Positions 27,266 through 38,200 of a DNA stretch of 56,832 nucleotides are shown piece after piece (position 1 is the first letter of the stretch; every line of letters begins with the position of its first letter). The stretch covers positions 1 to 56,832 of IMG/VR virus record IMGVR_UViG_3300027899_000015; one strand, 5' to 3'. The notes beneath the pieces are model-generated. The model searched no databases and was not told where the DNA came from. It saw only the letters and a list, made by a program, of their open reading frames with translations. The position numbers and the translations under genes are program-made. Source of the DNA: a virus (Duplodnaviria; Caudoviricetes).

Positions 27266-28200
27266 GCTAATTCTAGTTTTTTGTAAATTAGTTCACCTAG
27301 AGACAATTGCTCAGCTTCATGAACTAACTTGGTAAATTTTTCGAAGCCCATATCAGATGGATCTTTATCTTGTAAATCAATTAAGTAAACGTCTTTACCT
27401 AAATTGAGTAATTGTTCTGCATATTGTAAAGCATCTTTTAAGGCGTCCCTATCTAAAGATACGTATACTGTTTTAACTTGTGGATCAATAAGTTTCATCA
27501 TTAATGCTCTAGGTATTGTTTTTCCCAATAATGGTACTGCATTACGTTTAATAGCAATAGCATCAAAAATACCTTCACATAATATAACAGGAACATTCCA
27601 GTTAATGAAATATTCTAATCCAATCATTTCGTTTTTATTACATTTAGGAGCATCATATTTTTTTGTTGAGTCAGGATCTAAAGATCTGGCTATGAAATAA
27701 TTTATGCTTCCGTCTTTGTCATAAGATGGTATAATAACTCTGTTGGCATATCTGCCTTCTTCACAATACCCTATATTATACTTCAATATATCTGACTTAG
27801 TAATACCTCGTTTTTTTAAATACATTAAAGCGTGTTTAGCGACGATATCTGTACGGTGTAGATTAACAAGTGGTTTATATTCTTTAGGTAATTGTACTTT
27901 ATTAATAATAATTTCTTTTTCCTCTTGTGTAGGAGTGAAATTCAACATTGATTTCAACTCAGCTATTTTATCAGAGGATACTTTTGCTTTTTTAAATAAA
28001 CCTAATAATGTTTTTCCCTTAGCATTACAAACCCAACAATGCCAAAAATTTTCTCCTTTAGAGTTTGGTACTACATTTACCTCTAATTTAAGTTTCTGAT
28101 GAGTACAGAATGGACATTTATAAGCGTAGTTGTTATTACTGGTTTTTTTACCAGGACCTAACACATTGTTTATTGTATGTAATAATGCTGTATTAATCAT
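27262..28200 (-). CDS. DNA primase (zinc ribbon + TOPRIM)
   Basis: CPFC...HCWVC, YLKKRGI, RVIIP, LCEGIFDA, LDRD, DPSD. Confidence 0.9.
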   Translation of the reverse strand: MINTALLHTINNVLGPGKKTSNNNYAYKCPFCTHQKLKLEVNVVPNSKGENFWHCWVCNAKGKTLLGLFKKAKVSSDKIAELKSMLNFTPTQEEKEIIINKVQLPKEYKPLVNLHRTDIVAKHALMYLKKRGITKSDILKYNIGYCEEGRYANRVIIPSYDKDGSINYFIARSLDPDSTKKYDAPKCNKNEMIGLEYFINWNVPVILCEGIFDAIAIKRNAVPLLGKTIPRALMMKLIDPQVKTVYVSLDRDALKDALQYAEQLLNLGKDVYLIDLQDKDPSDMGFEKFTKLVHEAEQLSLGELIYKKLELA

Positions 28201-28205
28201 AACGG

Positions 28206-28236
28206 ATAATATAGTAAAATATTTTTACTAAGCAAA
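28206..28236 (-). promoter_or_regulatory. Possible Bacteroidota sigma-A-type promoter for primase
   Basis: TTTG-N19-TATATTAT, resembling the -33 TTTG / -7 TAnnTTTG consensus; ends 5 nt before the ATG. Confidence 0.35.
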
Positions 28237-28680
28237 ATCTTTACGGAAGTATTTTCCTGCTATATTATCATTGTAACTATTATCAGTAAATAATACATTG
28301 TGTACTATTTGTTCTTCTAGTTCAAAAAATGTAAGTTGTTTTTTATTTTTAGCAAATTTACGTATAACACGTTCAAATTTATCCTCACCTAATGCTTTAA
28401 CATCTGCGAGTAATTCTTTAGATGAACCATAATATGTTTTCCATCCACTATCTACTTTATCAACTCGAGTTGTAGATCGACGTCCTGGTCCTGATTGTTC
28501 AGCAATTTCTTTTTTAGTGAGTTTTTTCTTTTTATTATGAATAAATGCTTTTTTACCTATATAAAATTTGCCTGTTTCTAGATTAGTAATTATATAAACA
28601 AAACCATAATACTCATTAATTTGCTCTTCAGGAAATACTTCTAGACTTCCATCATCAAGATGCCATAACCAATTATTCAT
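28228..28680 (-). CDS. GIY-YIG nuclease family protein
   Basis: GFVYIITNLETGKFYIGKK, YYGSS, FER, YN motifs. Confidence 0.85.
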   Translation of the reverse strand: MNNWLWHLDDGSLEVFPEEQINEYYGFVYIITNLETGKFYIGKKAFIHNKKKKLTKKEIAEQSGPGRRSTTRVDKVDSGWKTYYGSSKELLADVKALGEDKFERVIRKFAKNKKQLTFFELEEQIVHNVLFTDNSYNDNIAGKYFRKDFA

Positions 28681-28694
28681 AAACTTATTTTATT

Positions 28695-29726
28695 TTAACA
28701 TATTTCTATTATATTATAGTAAGTAACACCTACATTTATATAATACGTTGTATCAGCATTCGGAATATTTATATATGATTCAAGTTTTCCACAATATCCT
28801 GTAAATGTATTGGTGTCTGATTTTGCTACATAAAATACAGCATCGTCTTCTTTAGCATAAGTATCTCTTCTTACAGCTGCTATTTCTATTGATAATCCTA
28901 CAGGCACATCTATTGAAGCTCCTGCTGCTGTTGAAGTAGTTGTTAAAGTATATGGACTTCCATTTTGTAAAACCCAATCTCCTCCTTCAATTCTATAATA
29001 TAACATAAGAGTATTGGAGGTATTTGTATTATAATGTCCTTTTATTCTAAGATTAACAGTATAAGTTGTAGGAGAAGATGTAGATGGAGTAAGTGTTATA
29101 CTTGGAGTTAATGATGGTGTGGGTGATGGAGTATAAGATGGAGTTGCTGAGAGTCCAAAACTCACTGGTGGAGTATTACTAGGAGAAATACTTGGAGTAG
29201 TACTTGGTGTTTTACTAATACTTGGTGTTTTACTAATACTTGGTGTTCTACTAATTGAAGCTGGTATACTTGGAGTAACAGAGATAGAAGGCGTACGGCT
29301 AGGGGATGGAGTAAAATAAGGTTTTTCAACCCATTGTGTATCCCATTTTACCAAAAATGTCATATCAGTATTATCTGATATAGGCATAGGAGCCGCCATT
29401 TTAGCTATCGCTAATAAATCTTGAGCATCATTATATAATCCAACTGTTGTAACATATGGAGAAAATTCAGATCCAGATATAGAACCAGTAGCAAAATCTT
29501 TTAATATTCCAAAATTTCGAGAACCAGAAATATTCCAAAATATACTTCCACTATCTGAACTACTATAAGGTAATAAAGCAGCTTGACTTCCTGATAATAA
29601 AGATGGGTTATAACTTAAATTGAATTCATAATCTTTTATAGTACATTTTACAAAATTTTCATAAACAACGTGACTGTTTTGAAATTTTATTTTTGTAATA
29701 TTTGTATTTAATGATCTTAAATTCAT
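28695..29726 (-). CDS. Tail/baseplate fibre-attachment protein (C-half paralogue) with Ser/Thr/Pro repeats
   Basis: EFNLSYNPS...YVTTVGLYNDAQDLLAIAK matches the C-half of 33486..34556; followed by TPSI repeats. Confidence 0.7.
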   Translation of the reverse strand: MNLRSLNTNITKIKFQNSHVVYENFVKCTIKDYEFNLSYNPSLLSGSQAALLPYSSSDSGSIFWNISGSRNFGILKDFATGSISGSEFSPYVTTVGLYNDAQDLLAIAKMAAPMPISDNTDMTFLVKWDTQWVEKPYFTPSPSRTPSISVTPSIPASISRTPSISKTPSISKTPSTTPSISPSNTPPVSFGLSATPSYTPSPTPSLTPSITLTPSTSSPTTYTVNLRIKGHYNTNTSNTLMLYYRIEGGDWVLQNGSPYTLTTTSTAAGASIDVPVGLSIEIAAVRRDTYAKEDDAVFYVAKSDTNTFTGYCGKLESYINIPNADTTYYINVGVTYYNIIEIC

Positions 29727-29740
29727 TTTTTTATTTTAAA

Positions 29741-30367
29741 TTATATTGTACATAGATAACTACAATCATTATATCCTACACTTGCTACAGCTGGAAGGGT
29801 TGAATATGGTCCTGAAGAAGTAGTACTAGAAACATAAATTAATGTGTATGTTTGATTATTTACTAAATAGAACTTATTAACAGTTAAAGCATCAGTAGTT
29901 TTAACAAATATTGTGTCAATATAATTACAAGTTCCAATTATACCACATTCATATGTATCAATTATATAATAATTGTAACCAGAAGTAACTGAAGGTGTTA
30001 TACTAGGTGTAGCACTAATTGATTTAGTTATACTAGGTGTAATACTAGGTGTAGCACTAATTGTTCTAGTAACACTAGGAGTTATACTAGGTGTAACACT
30101 GGTTGTTCTAGTAATACTTGGTGTTTTTGTAATACTAGGTGTTACACTAGGTGTTCTAGTGATACTAACTGTTCTACTAGGTGTTCTAGTAATACTAGGT
30201 GTAGCTGAAGGGGATAATGAAGGTAATGGACAGTATGTATAGTCTAATACAGGTGATATATAATCAGGATCACTTATACTATTAGTTTTAGTCACACCTG
30301 TAGCCATATTATTATCTAAATAATATTCTTCTAAATTTCCATATGCTTTATATCCTGTATTGGGCAT
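29741..30367 (-). CDS. Virion fibre-like protein with Ser/Thr/Pro repeats and Cys-containing C-terminal domain
   Basis: TGVTKTN...DPDYISP...CP N-domain, TPS[IV]T repeats. Confidence 0.65.
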   Translation of the reverse strand: MPNTGYKAYGNLEEYYLDNNMATGVTKTNSISDPDYISPVLDYTYCPLPSLSPSATPSITRTPSRTVSITRTPSVTPSITKTPSITRTTSVTPSITPSVTRTISATPSITPSITKSISATPSITPSVTSGYNYYIIDTYECGIIGTCNYIDTIFVKTTDALTVNKFYLVNNQTYTLIYVSSTTSSGPYSTLPAVASVGYNDCSYLCTI

Positions 30368-30385
30368 GATTTAATATAAATATTA

Positions 30386-33300
30386 TTAAAGTTGAGTACA
30401 GTTTGTACTAGTACAATCTGGAACTGACGCGTATAATGTTGTTATAGGATATCCTGTACCTACATACTGATAGAAAGAATCTAAAGTATAACAATCAGAT
30501 GTTGTGTTAGTTGATGTTCTATAAGTACCTAATGTTTTTGTTGATGTTAAAGTTAATATAACTGAAGAACCATCTAAACATTTTGTAGCGTTATATTGAT
30601 AATAAGTTAACGCAGCCCCAGATACTGATGGTGTTACACTAGGTGTGGTACTAACAGGACGTGTTGTACTAACACTAGGTGTAATACTAACAGGACGTGT
30701 TGTACTAACACTAGGTGTTACACTAGGTGTGGTACTAACAGGACGTGTTGTACTAACACTAGGTGTAATACTAACAGGACGTGTTGTACTAACACTAGGT
30801 GTAATACTAACAGGACGTGTTCTACTAGGTGTTAAACTTACACTAGGGACAGTACAAGATACTGGGTTTTGTAATTTTCCAGCAGCACTAGCATCAGTAT
30901 TCCAATAAGTAGTTCCATTAGAATAAAATCCATTAGGTGCTGCTATAGTACACGCTGAGTTAGTATATATGAAAGTTCCTGTTTGTAATGTACTACCTAC
31001 AGGCATAAAATATACATTTGTATTGACTGTTGGATAATTTGAACACGCTGTATATCCACTAACTGTATCATAAGCTAAAGATACTGGATTAGTTCCTGAT
31101 GTGCTAGGTGTTATACTTGGTGTTGTACTAATACTAGGTGTTTTAGTAATACTAGGTGTCATACTAACACTAGGACTAGGAGCGGTACAAACAGAATCAA
31201 CATATATTCTAGCATTACTACTTGAATCTACACCTCCACTTCCAAGCCATTGGTAAGTACTTGTAAATGCTACATTATAGCTTCCAGTTTGAGAAAGAGT
31301 AATAAATGATCCACTAGTAGCAGGTGTTAAACCTTTAAGAGAATATTGATTTACTGTATATGTTCCTTGTCCTTGATTTCCAGTGACAGTCATTTCAAAT
31401 GATCCTGTTTGGTTGGTGATATTATAATTAGTTAATTGATAATATAATTTAGCACCTTCAAATCCTGAGGCTAAGGTTATATTTCCAACAGCTGTACTTG
31501 TTTGAGTATTGTCTCCATTAACTGGATGTAATTGAATATCAGTAGCTGTTATTCTTAAATCAGTACTATAACTACCTGCTTCAACTATAAAATCACTAAA
31601 TGTTATACATTGATTAATTCCAGCAGGAGATTTACTAGGCGTTACACTAGGTGTTCTAGTGATACTAGGTGTAAGAGTTAATGATACAGAAGGAGGAGGT
31701 GTACAAAGTACATCTATTTCATAATTATCATTTCCTGGATTATTTGGATTTTGTGGCGCTACGTCTACTATTAATTTATAAGTACTACTTGCATCATAAG
31801 TAAAAGTTAAAGACCCATCAGGACTATATGGACATTGGTTACTAGAGTATGGAGCCATACACGTTGGGTATGTTCCACTTTGCCATGGATATCCAGTATT
31901 TGGATAAGATTGATCAGATCCAACCCATAATGAATCTTGTATTATTGTTGATGATCCTCCTGTTGTTTTTTGGATAGAAAATCTATTAGGTCTATCTTCA
32001 GCTCTATAAGTAACTTGTATTGAGCTTCCATTAGCGGTAGATGATAAATCTAAAACATAATAATCAGTAGAATATCCTGTAGTAAGAGTATCTTTACTAA
32101 ATGCTGTTGTTGAACAATTTAAACTAATTAAATATGAAGCACTAGGTGTAATACTTGGTGTAATACTAATACTAGCTGTTCTAGTAATACTAGGTGTAAT
32201 ACTAGGTGTAGTACTGATGCTAGCTGTTCTTGTAATGCTTGGAGTTGATGTAATACTAGGTGTTAATGTGATACTAGGTGTTATACTAGGCGTTTGAGTA
32301 ATACTTGGAGTAGTACTAATACTTGGTGTTCTAGTAATACTTGGAGTAGTACTAATACTTGGAGTTAAGGTAACACTTGGTGTAGTACTAATACTTGGGG
32401 TTGTGCTAGGTGTTTGAGTAATACTTGGAGTAATACTAATACTTGGTGTTCTAGTAACACTAGGTGTTCTACTTGATGTTAATGTAATACTTGGTGTGGC
32501 TGTTTCACTAGGCGTTAAGGTAACGCTAGGTGTAGTACTAGGCGTTCTAGTAATACTTGGTGTAGCTGTTTCACTAGGTGTTAATGTAACGCTAGGTGTA
32601 GTACTAACACTAGGTGTCATACTAGGTGTCACACTAGGTGTTTGAGTAATACTTGGAGTAGCACTAACACTAGCTGTTCTTGTAATACTTGGTGTAGCAC
32701 TAACTGATTTACTTAAAGTGACACTAGGTGTAGTACTAGGTGTTTTAGTAACACTAGGTGTAGCACTAGGTGTTAATGTAATACTAGGAGTAAGAGATAC
32801 AGCGCTGGCTAAACAATAAGGATCGATTCCTCTCCATCCTTTTAGTCTTACACTATCAGGTATAATAGTTAATACAGCTACATTTTGTTCATAAAATACA
32901 TTACCAACATAAGAATCTTGAGTCAATAATGTTCCTATAGAAGAACTTACATCGCTTCCACTATAAAGTAAGTTATAATTTCCATCATCATATATTTTAG
33001 ACTCTGATATTCCACTATTGAAATATATTTCAAATGTAGTTGGAAGAATTTTTTCACTAGTTAAATTTCTAGGTACATTTAATACATAAATAATACTTCC
33101 TGTATCTGTTGGAAAATATTTATATGTGTTTGTATTACCTAATTCAACATGACCTCTATAATAAGAAGATGTTGATAAAGTACCATCATTATAGATAGTA
33201 TTTCTTTTCTCAATATATTGTAATAATGAGCTTGTAGATAAAAATTTCGGATAATAAGTTAAATTAGTAGAATCATAAACTAATCTATCATATTGACCAT

Positions 33301-33475
33301 TAGTATAATATTCAGTAGTAGGATCAAAAATAGATCCACTATGATTAATACCAATATTAGTTACAATTCTGTTTTCAGCAAATGAAGAGGAGGTGATTTC
33401 CCAACTTTTATTTGCAGTATATGGTACTACAAAAGTATCAGGTACACTAAGTCTTTTAAAAGTATTTGCCGACAT
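30386..33475 (-). CDS. Large tail/baseplate fibre-like protein with mucin-like repeats
   Basis: N-domain IYDDGNYNL...VGNVFYEQNVAVLT; over 200 aa of TPS[IV] repeats separating Cys-flanked beta-rich domains. Confidence 0.7.
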   Translation of the reverse strand: MSANTFKRLSVPDTFVVPYTANKSWEITSSSFAENRIVTNIGINHSGSIFDPTTEYYTNGQYDRLVYDSTNLTYYPKFLSTSSLLQYIEKRNTIYNDGTLSTSSYYRGHVELGNTNTYKYFPTDTGSIIYVLNVPRNLTSEKILPTTFEIYFNSGISESKIYDDGNYNLLYSGSDVSSSIGTLLTQDSYVGNVFYEQNVAVLTIIPDSVRLKGWRGIDPYCLASAVSLTPSITLTPSATPSVTKTPSTTPSVTLSKSVSATPSITRTASVSATPSITQTPSVTPSMTPSVSTTPSVTLTPSETATPSITRTPSTTPSVTLTPSETATPSITLTSSRTPSVTRTPSISITPSITQTPSTTPSISTTPSVTLTPSISTTPSITRTPSISTTPSITQTPSITPSITLTPSITSTPSITRTASISTTPSITPSITRTASISITPSITPSASYLISLNCSTTAFSKDTLTTGYSTDYYVLDLSSTANGSSIQVTYRAEDRPNRFSIQKTTGGSSTIIQDSLWVGSDQSYPNTGYPWQSGTYPTCMAPYSSNQCPYSPDGSLTFTYDASSTYKLIVDVAPQNPNNPGNDNYEIDVLCTPPPSVSLTLTPSITRTPSVTPSKSPAGINQCITFSDFIVEAGSYSTDLRITATDIQLHPVNGDNTQTSTAVGNITLASGFEGAKLYYQLTNYNITNQTGSFEMTVTGNQGQGTYTVNQYSLKGLTPATSGSFITLSQTGSYNVAFTSTYQWLGSGGVDSSSNARIYVDSVCTAPSPSVSMTPSITKTPSISTTPSITPSTSGTNPVSLAYDTVSGYTACSNYPTVNTNVYFMPVGSTLQTGTFIYTNSACTIAAPNGFYSNGTTYWNTDASAAGKLQNPVSCTVPSVSLTPSRTRPVSITPSVSTTRPVSITPSVSTTRPVSTTPSVTPSVSTTRPVSITPSVSTTRPVSTTPSVTPSVSGAALTYYQYNATKCLDGSSVILTLTSTKTLGTYRTSTNTTSDCYTLDSFYQYVGTGYPITTLYASVPDCTSTNCTQL
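30625..30846 (-). repeat. Near-perfect coding tandem repeat (36-nt unit; 84-nt duplication)
   Basis: SVSTTRPVSITPSVSTTRPVSTTPSVTP occurs twice; ACTAACAGGACGTGTT recurs five times on the plus strand. Confidence 0.85.
32140..32800 (-). repeat. Degenerate 12/18-nt coding repeat array (TPS[IV]xx)
   Basis: Dozens of ACTAGGTGT / ACTTGGTGT / ACTTGGAGT units. Confidence 0.85.
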
Positions 33476-33485
33476 ATGCGTAACA

Positions 33486-34556
33486 TTAGAAATCTAGTTT
33501 AACTCTTAATAATAATTCTTTAGTAAAATCTTTAACTAATGGTTTATTTAATTTAGCTACAGCTAATAAATCACCACTGTTATTATATAAACCAACTGTT
33601 GTAATATAAGTTTGTGGATTATATATTAATTGAGTATATAATAAATTACCATTTGAATCAATTACTGTTGGATTTGTTGTATAATTAAATTCTGCATTTT
33701 TTACACGAGTGAAAAAATAACGAGAAGATAAAGTTTCATAGCTTTGCAAACTAAATGTTGGTTGTAATTTAATCATATCAAACACCATACGATTATTGAT
33801 GTTGTATGTATTACCTCCTGCTGTGAAGAAAGCATCAGCTTGAGATGAACTAAATTCATTAAATATAGCACCAATCCCACCTAATGGACCTACTGGTAAA
33901 GCTAAAGCTCTTGGGTTTAATATTATTAAACCTTCATCAGGTAATAATAAACCATAGCTACCACTAACAGTGTAAGCAGAAGATGAAGGATATGTTGTTT
34001 GAGTACTTGAATTATATGATCCAGTTAATAACTGATAAGCACGAGTTGAACCAAGATATGTAGATACTGATGTTACTGTTGAGTCATCAACTAAACCAAT
34101 AGAGTTACTACCACTTGATATTTTTAAGAAGAAAGAACCTTGATTAAAAGATTCTTTAAAACGAGATCTATTAATAGATAATACTATAATATCTTTTGAC
34201 GCGTAATTTGCTCCACCAAATTGAAATGATGAATTTTCATCACCATATATTAATGATCTAAATTGACCATAAACATCTCTAGTTGGTGTTTTATCAGGTA
34301 CTAAAGCATTGAAATAAGATGAACCTGAACCACTTACGTGTCCATAAGCTATTGTAAATTGAGATTCAAGAGATTGAGTTGCTGCTACATCTCCTTGAAA
34401 TACATTAAGGAAAAAAGTACCAGCTGGGTTGTTTAGTTCTTGTGATGACCAACTGTAAAAAGTAGTTAATGTGGTTAGATTATTACTCCACATTGGTGAC
34501 ACTATAGCATCTGAACTAAGTACCTGATCTTCCGTTTGATAAGCTCCAAAAGACAT
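33486..34556 (-). CDS. Tail/baseplate structural protein (tail-collar/fibre-attachment-like C-terminus)
   Basis: EFNYTTNPT...YITTVGLYNNSGDLLAVAKLNKPLVK...VKLDF. Confidence 0.65.
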   Translation of the reverse strand: MSFGAYQTEDQVLSSDAIVSPMWSNNLTTLTTFYSWSSQELNNPAGTFFLNVFQGDVAATQSLESQFTIAYGHVSGSGSSYFNALVPDKTPTRDVYGQFRSLIYGDENSSFQFGGANYASKDIIVLSINRSRFKESFNQGSFFLKISSGSNSIGLVDDSTVTSVSTYLGSTRAYQLLTGSYNSSTQTTYPSSSAYTVSGSYGLLLPDEGLIILNPRALALPVGPLGGIGAIFNEFSSSQADAFFTAGGNTYNINNRMVFDMIKLQPTFSLQSYETLSSRYFFTRVKNAEFNYTTNPTVIDSNGNLLYTQLIYNPQTYITTVGLYNNSGDLLAVAKLNKPLVKDFTKELLLRVKLDF

Positions 34557-34563
34557 ATGTTAA

Positions 34564-35232
34564 TTATGTTTTAATTATTGTTAAAGGTATAGTGATTCTA
34601 GCGCCGCTATCTCTACCAGTTACTGTAATAGTTGTTGTAATAGTAGCACCCGCTACTGCTGTTGAACTATATAAAGTATTAATAGTAGTTGCTATTAAAG
34701 TAAATGAAGTACCAATTTGACTAGCTGATAAGCTGGCACCACTCGCATTTGGAGTTGGTGAAGTAATATTTAAACCAGTGGTGTCAATTCCTGTACCTGT
34801 AAATGTACTTAAGAATCTTGAGTCAGCCACAGTCATTAAATATCCTGATGGTTCAAATGTTGAAACAGCACCTAGATAATTTAATGTTTGAGGAGTGACA
34901 TTAATAGAAGCAGCTTGACGTAATGATATAGCACTATATCCAAGATTAAGAACAGGTAATTTGCTTGTTCCGCGAGGTAAAGTTACTAATTTGTATTTCA
35001 TCATTTGTGTTTCATCCACAAATGCTTCTAATAAAGGCATTGCTTCTATTGCCTCACCAAAAAAGGCAGAACCTGATGGATGGTTTGGATTATATAAAGT
35101 ATAATCAATTTCATCATCGGCTAAAGCAAATTGAGTGATTTGGAATGATCCATCATTACGTGCTAACAATTCACGGCCTTTTTTTGTTAGGACCGCATCA
35201 ATTGTTACATATTGGTTATTTAAATAAGCCAT
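34564..35232 (-). CDS. Tail/baseplate structural protein
   Basis: AVLTKKGRELLA...ITQFALADDEIDY resembles the N-terminal motif of tail-collar fibre proteins; ATATTTAT motif upstream. Confidence 0.6.
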   Translation of the reverse strand: MAYLNNQYVTIDAVLTKKGRELLARNDGSFQITQFALADDEIDYTLYNPNHPSGSAFFGEAIEAMPLLEAFVDETQMMKYKLVTLPRGTSKLPVLNLGYSAISLRQAASINVTPQTLNYLGAVSTFEPSGYLMTVADSRFLSTFTGTGIDTTGLNITSPTPNASGASLSASQIGTSFTLIATTINTLYSSTAVAGATITTTITVTGRDSGARITIPLTIIKT

Positions 35233-35260
35233 TGTCTAAATGTTGTTTTATATAAATATA

Positions 35261-38200
35261 TTAATTAGTTAAAACTGTGCTAAATATCTTACTTTTAAGT
35301 TCACTTACTATATTAGCTACTTTATCATCAATAGATAATAGTAAGTTTTGATTTTTTATTATACCAGGAGATGTTGGGCCAATATTTTTTCTATGCTCAA
35401 TAATAATATTAGTTTCATCTTCTATTTTTTTAGAAAATACATATCTATCAATATTATATGGAGTACTACTCATTGTTACAGCATTATTCACTACTCTATC
35501 TACTTTAAAAGTTAAGGTTGGAGGTGAAGGTAATGAGTTATAATTAACTTCAAGAATAGTATATTCATTAGCAGCTCTAAATGTAGAACCTGTTGTACTA
35601 GAACCGGATTCAAATCTTACTATATCTCCCGGATTAAGATAAAATGGATAATCTGGAGGGCAATAGGTATTATATTGGCGAATAGAAGATGTAAGAGGAC
35701 CAGGAAGAGATGTATCTAAAACACTGCCTGAAAAATAAATTCCTTCATTATTTCCATAATAAAGTGCTAATCCAGCTGAACAGGATATTATGTCAGTTGG
35801 TTGACCACTTTCATCATGTACTATTAATTCAGGGCTAGCATCTGTATAATTATATAAAAAACTAGGTGCTACATTAGCGGCAGGTCTTACACTTACTATA
35901 TCAGGAACATTACTTTGTAAAATATCAATACCACTTCTATCAACTCTATAAGTACCTGTGTAATTAGCGGTGATACCATCGGTTCCATATCTAGGTATAA
36001 GTACATCTACATAACTTGGTGTACCTAAAACTACATTAATTCTAATACGTACTATAACATCATAAGGTAACAATGAAGCAGGAGTATATGTTACTGTACC
36101 TGTTAAACTAGTTGTAAACCATCCAAAGTGAGTTATTACTCTATATTTAATACTACTAGGAGTATAATTACTTGCATTTAAAGCAGACACACCAATAGAT
36201 GAATATCCACTAGGCACATAGTAATTCTGGTCAGTATCAGCTATTCTCCATAATACAGGATAATATTTGTATCCACTACTATGTATAAATTGATTACCAT
36301 CTAATGTTTTTTGCAATGATGGACTTTGATTATTAAATAAAGCTACATTTAATTGTTCACCTGTTTTAAATATATTTTGTACTTGATATAAGTTATACAA
36401 TTGATTACTTCTAACATTTGCATAATCACGTTGAGCTAATTCAGTTAAAGAACCTGTTTCATCAATTAAATACTTTATATAAAGATTTGTACGTTCTGGC
36501 ATAGATATTTGGAAAGAACCTGTACAAGTAGCTTCAGAGAAATAAGCAAACTGAATTGTGTTTTTATCAATAACTGCATTTCTACCATAAGGTCCTATTC
36601 CATTTTTCCATGTATTAAAATCATTATTATTAAAGAAATTATAGTTAGAACTATTAGTTTGTGAACCAATATATCTAGGTCTAGCATGACGAAGATATTG
36701 ATAAGTAAAATCTTGTAATTCTATAGGTTCTAATACTTCAGTTAATACACTAGCACTAGTTATATAAGTTAGTTTTTGTCTAATACTTGAAGTAACAGAA
36801 TTAGGAACGTTATTAATTAAAGGATCATATTCGTATTTAAATATAGATTCTGAATACGGACTTGTATTATATGGATTGAAATATATGAATGGATTAGATT
36901 GAGTAGCTACACATTCAATAGAAGCACTAGGTAATTCTCCTGTATAAAAATCACTAGCATCTGATAATTTATCTAATGGTCCAAATGGTGTTTGATGAGT
37001 TATTATATATAAAGATTGACTATAATTTCCTCCATTACTAGCTGTAAAAAATGCTGTATCAATAGATTGACTATATTCAAGATGTGTTATTGTAGGTTCA
37101 TATCTTTGAATAACAGGTCTTTCAAGAAGGTGTGGTTTAATAACAATACCTGTGGATAAATTGGTTCTAGCAGGAGTAAAATCTTTAAGTGTTCTAAATA
37201 ATGAATTATGAAAGAAAGATATTAAACGAATATAATCTTTATAATTGTATTTATTATTAAATTTCTTAAAGAAATCATTTTGTAATACTTGGAATTGTTG
37301 ATAAGATCCTGTAGCAGGATTACCAATAATATCATCTAAATTATATGTTGAACCAAATTGAGCAATAATAGCTCTATCTATTTCATCTTGTGGAGATAAA
37401 CTAGCATCAAGTAAATGTATATCTTTAGTAAGAGGAATAATAGGTTGTGCCTCAATACTTTTATTAGGCATTAATTGGTTACCATAAGTACTTCCACTTA
37501 CTATTCTAATTTTATCTGTTACTGGATTGGCATATCCTGAGTTAGCGACATCAGCGTAATAGGTTTCGGTAAAAGAAACATAACTATTTTGGTTAGGAAA
37601 CCCAATAAATGAAGCAGTTAATATTTGAGTTTTTTGGTCTGGATGAGTTGAATATACTTTTGTAGTTATACTATGATTATAAGTGTATAAGTTATTACCC
37701 AAAGTAAATCTAGCTGCTAAGTCCCCAAATGAAGATGTTGTAAAATTACCTTCAATTGATTCAGGATTTAATACATGAGAATCAAAAACAGATTCAGATA
37801 TATAGTTAGACCATAATCTTACTTCTTGATATGAACCAGTAAATGGAGTTGCTGATGAACCATTTCCTAAAAGTAAATTATTATCATCTATATACCAACT
37901 AGCATTTTGAGTAGTTGTATATAAACTAGCACTTGTTTTATGTCCTACTTCACCATATATATTATTTTTAACATATAAATCATAATATTGAGGATCAGAA
38001 GTTTGTGTTGATCTTTTATTAGGATATCTTCTTTGAAGTAAAACACTATACCAACTAGTATCATCATTTGAACCTGTTGTAAACACAGGTATAGTAGATG
38101 AAGTAATTGAAGTACTACCTAATGTAAATTGAAAATATCCAAAATCTCCAGTTGTTCCAGCATATATAGAATCATTAGATCCAGTTTGAGTATATATTAA

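Noticed and set aside
28228-28680. GIY-YIG gene as an intron-encoded homing endonuclease
   Set aside because: It is free-standing, short, lacks a C-terminal DNA-binding extension, and the flanking genes are not interrupted.
30625-30846. 36-nt repeats resembling a CRISPR array
   Set aside because: The units are contiguous with no unique spacers and encode in-frame SVSTTRPVSITP repeats; no cas operon is present.
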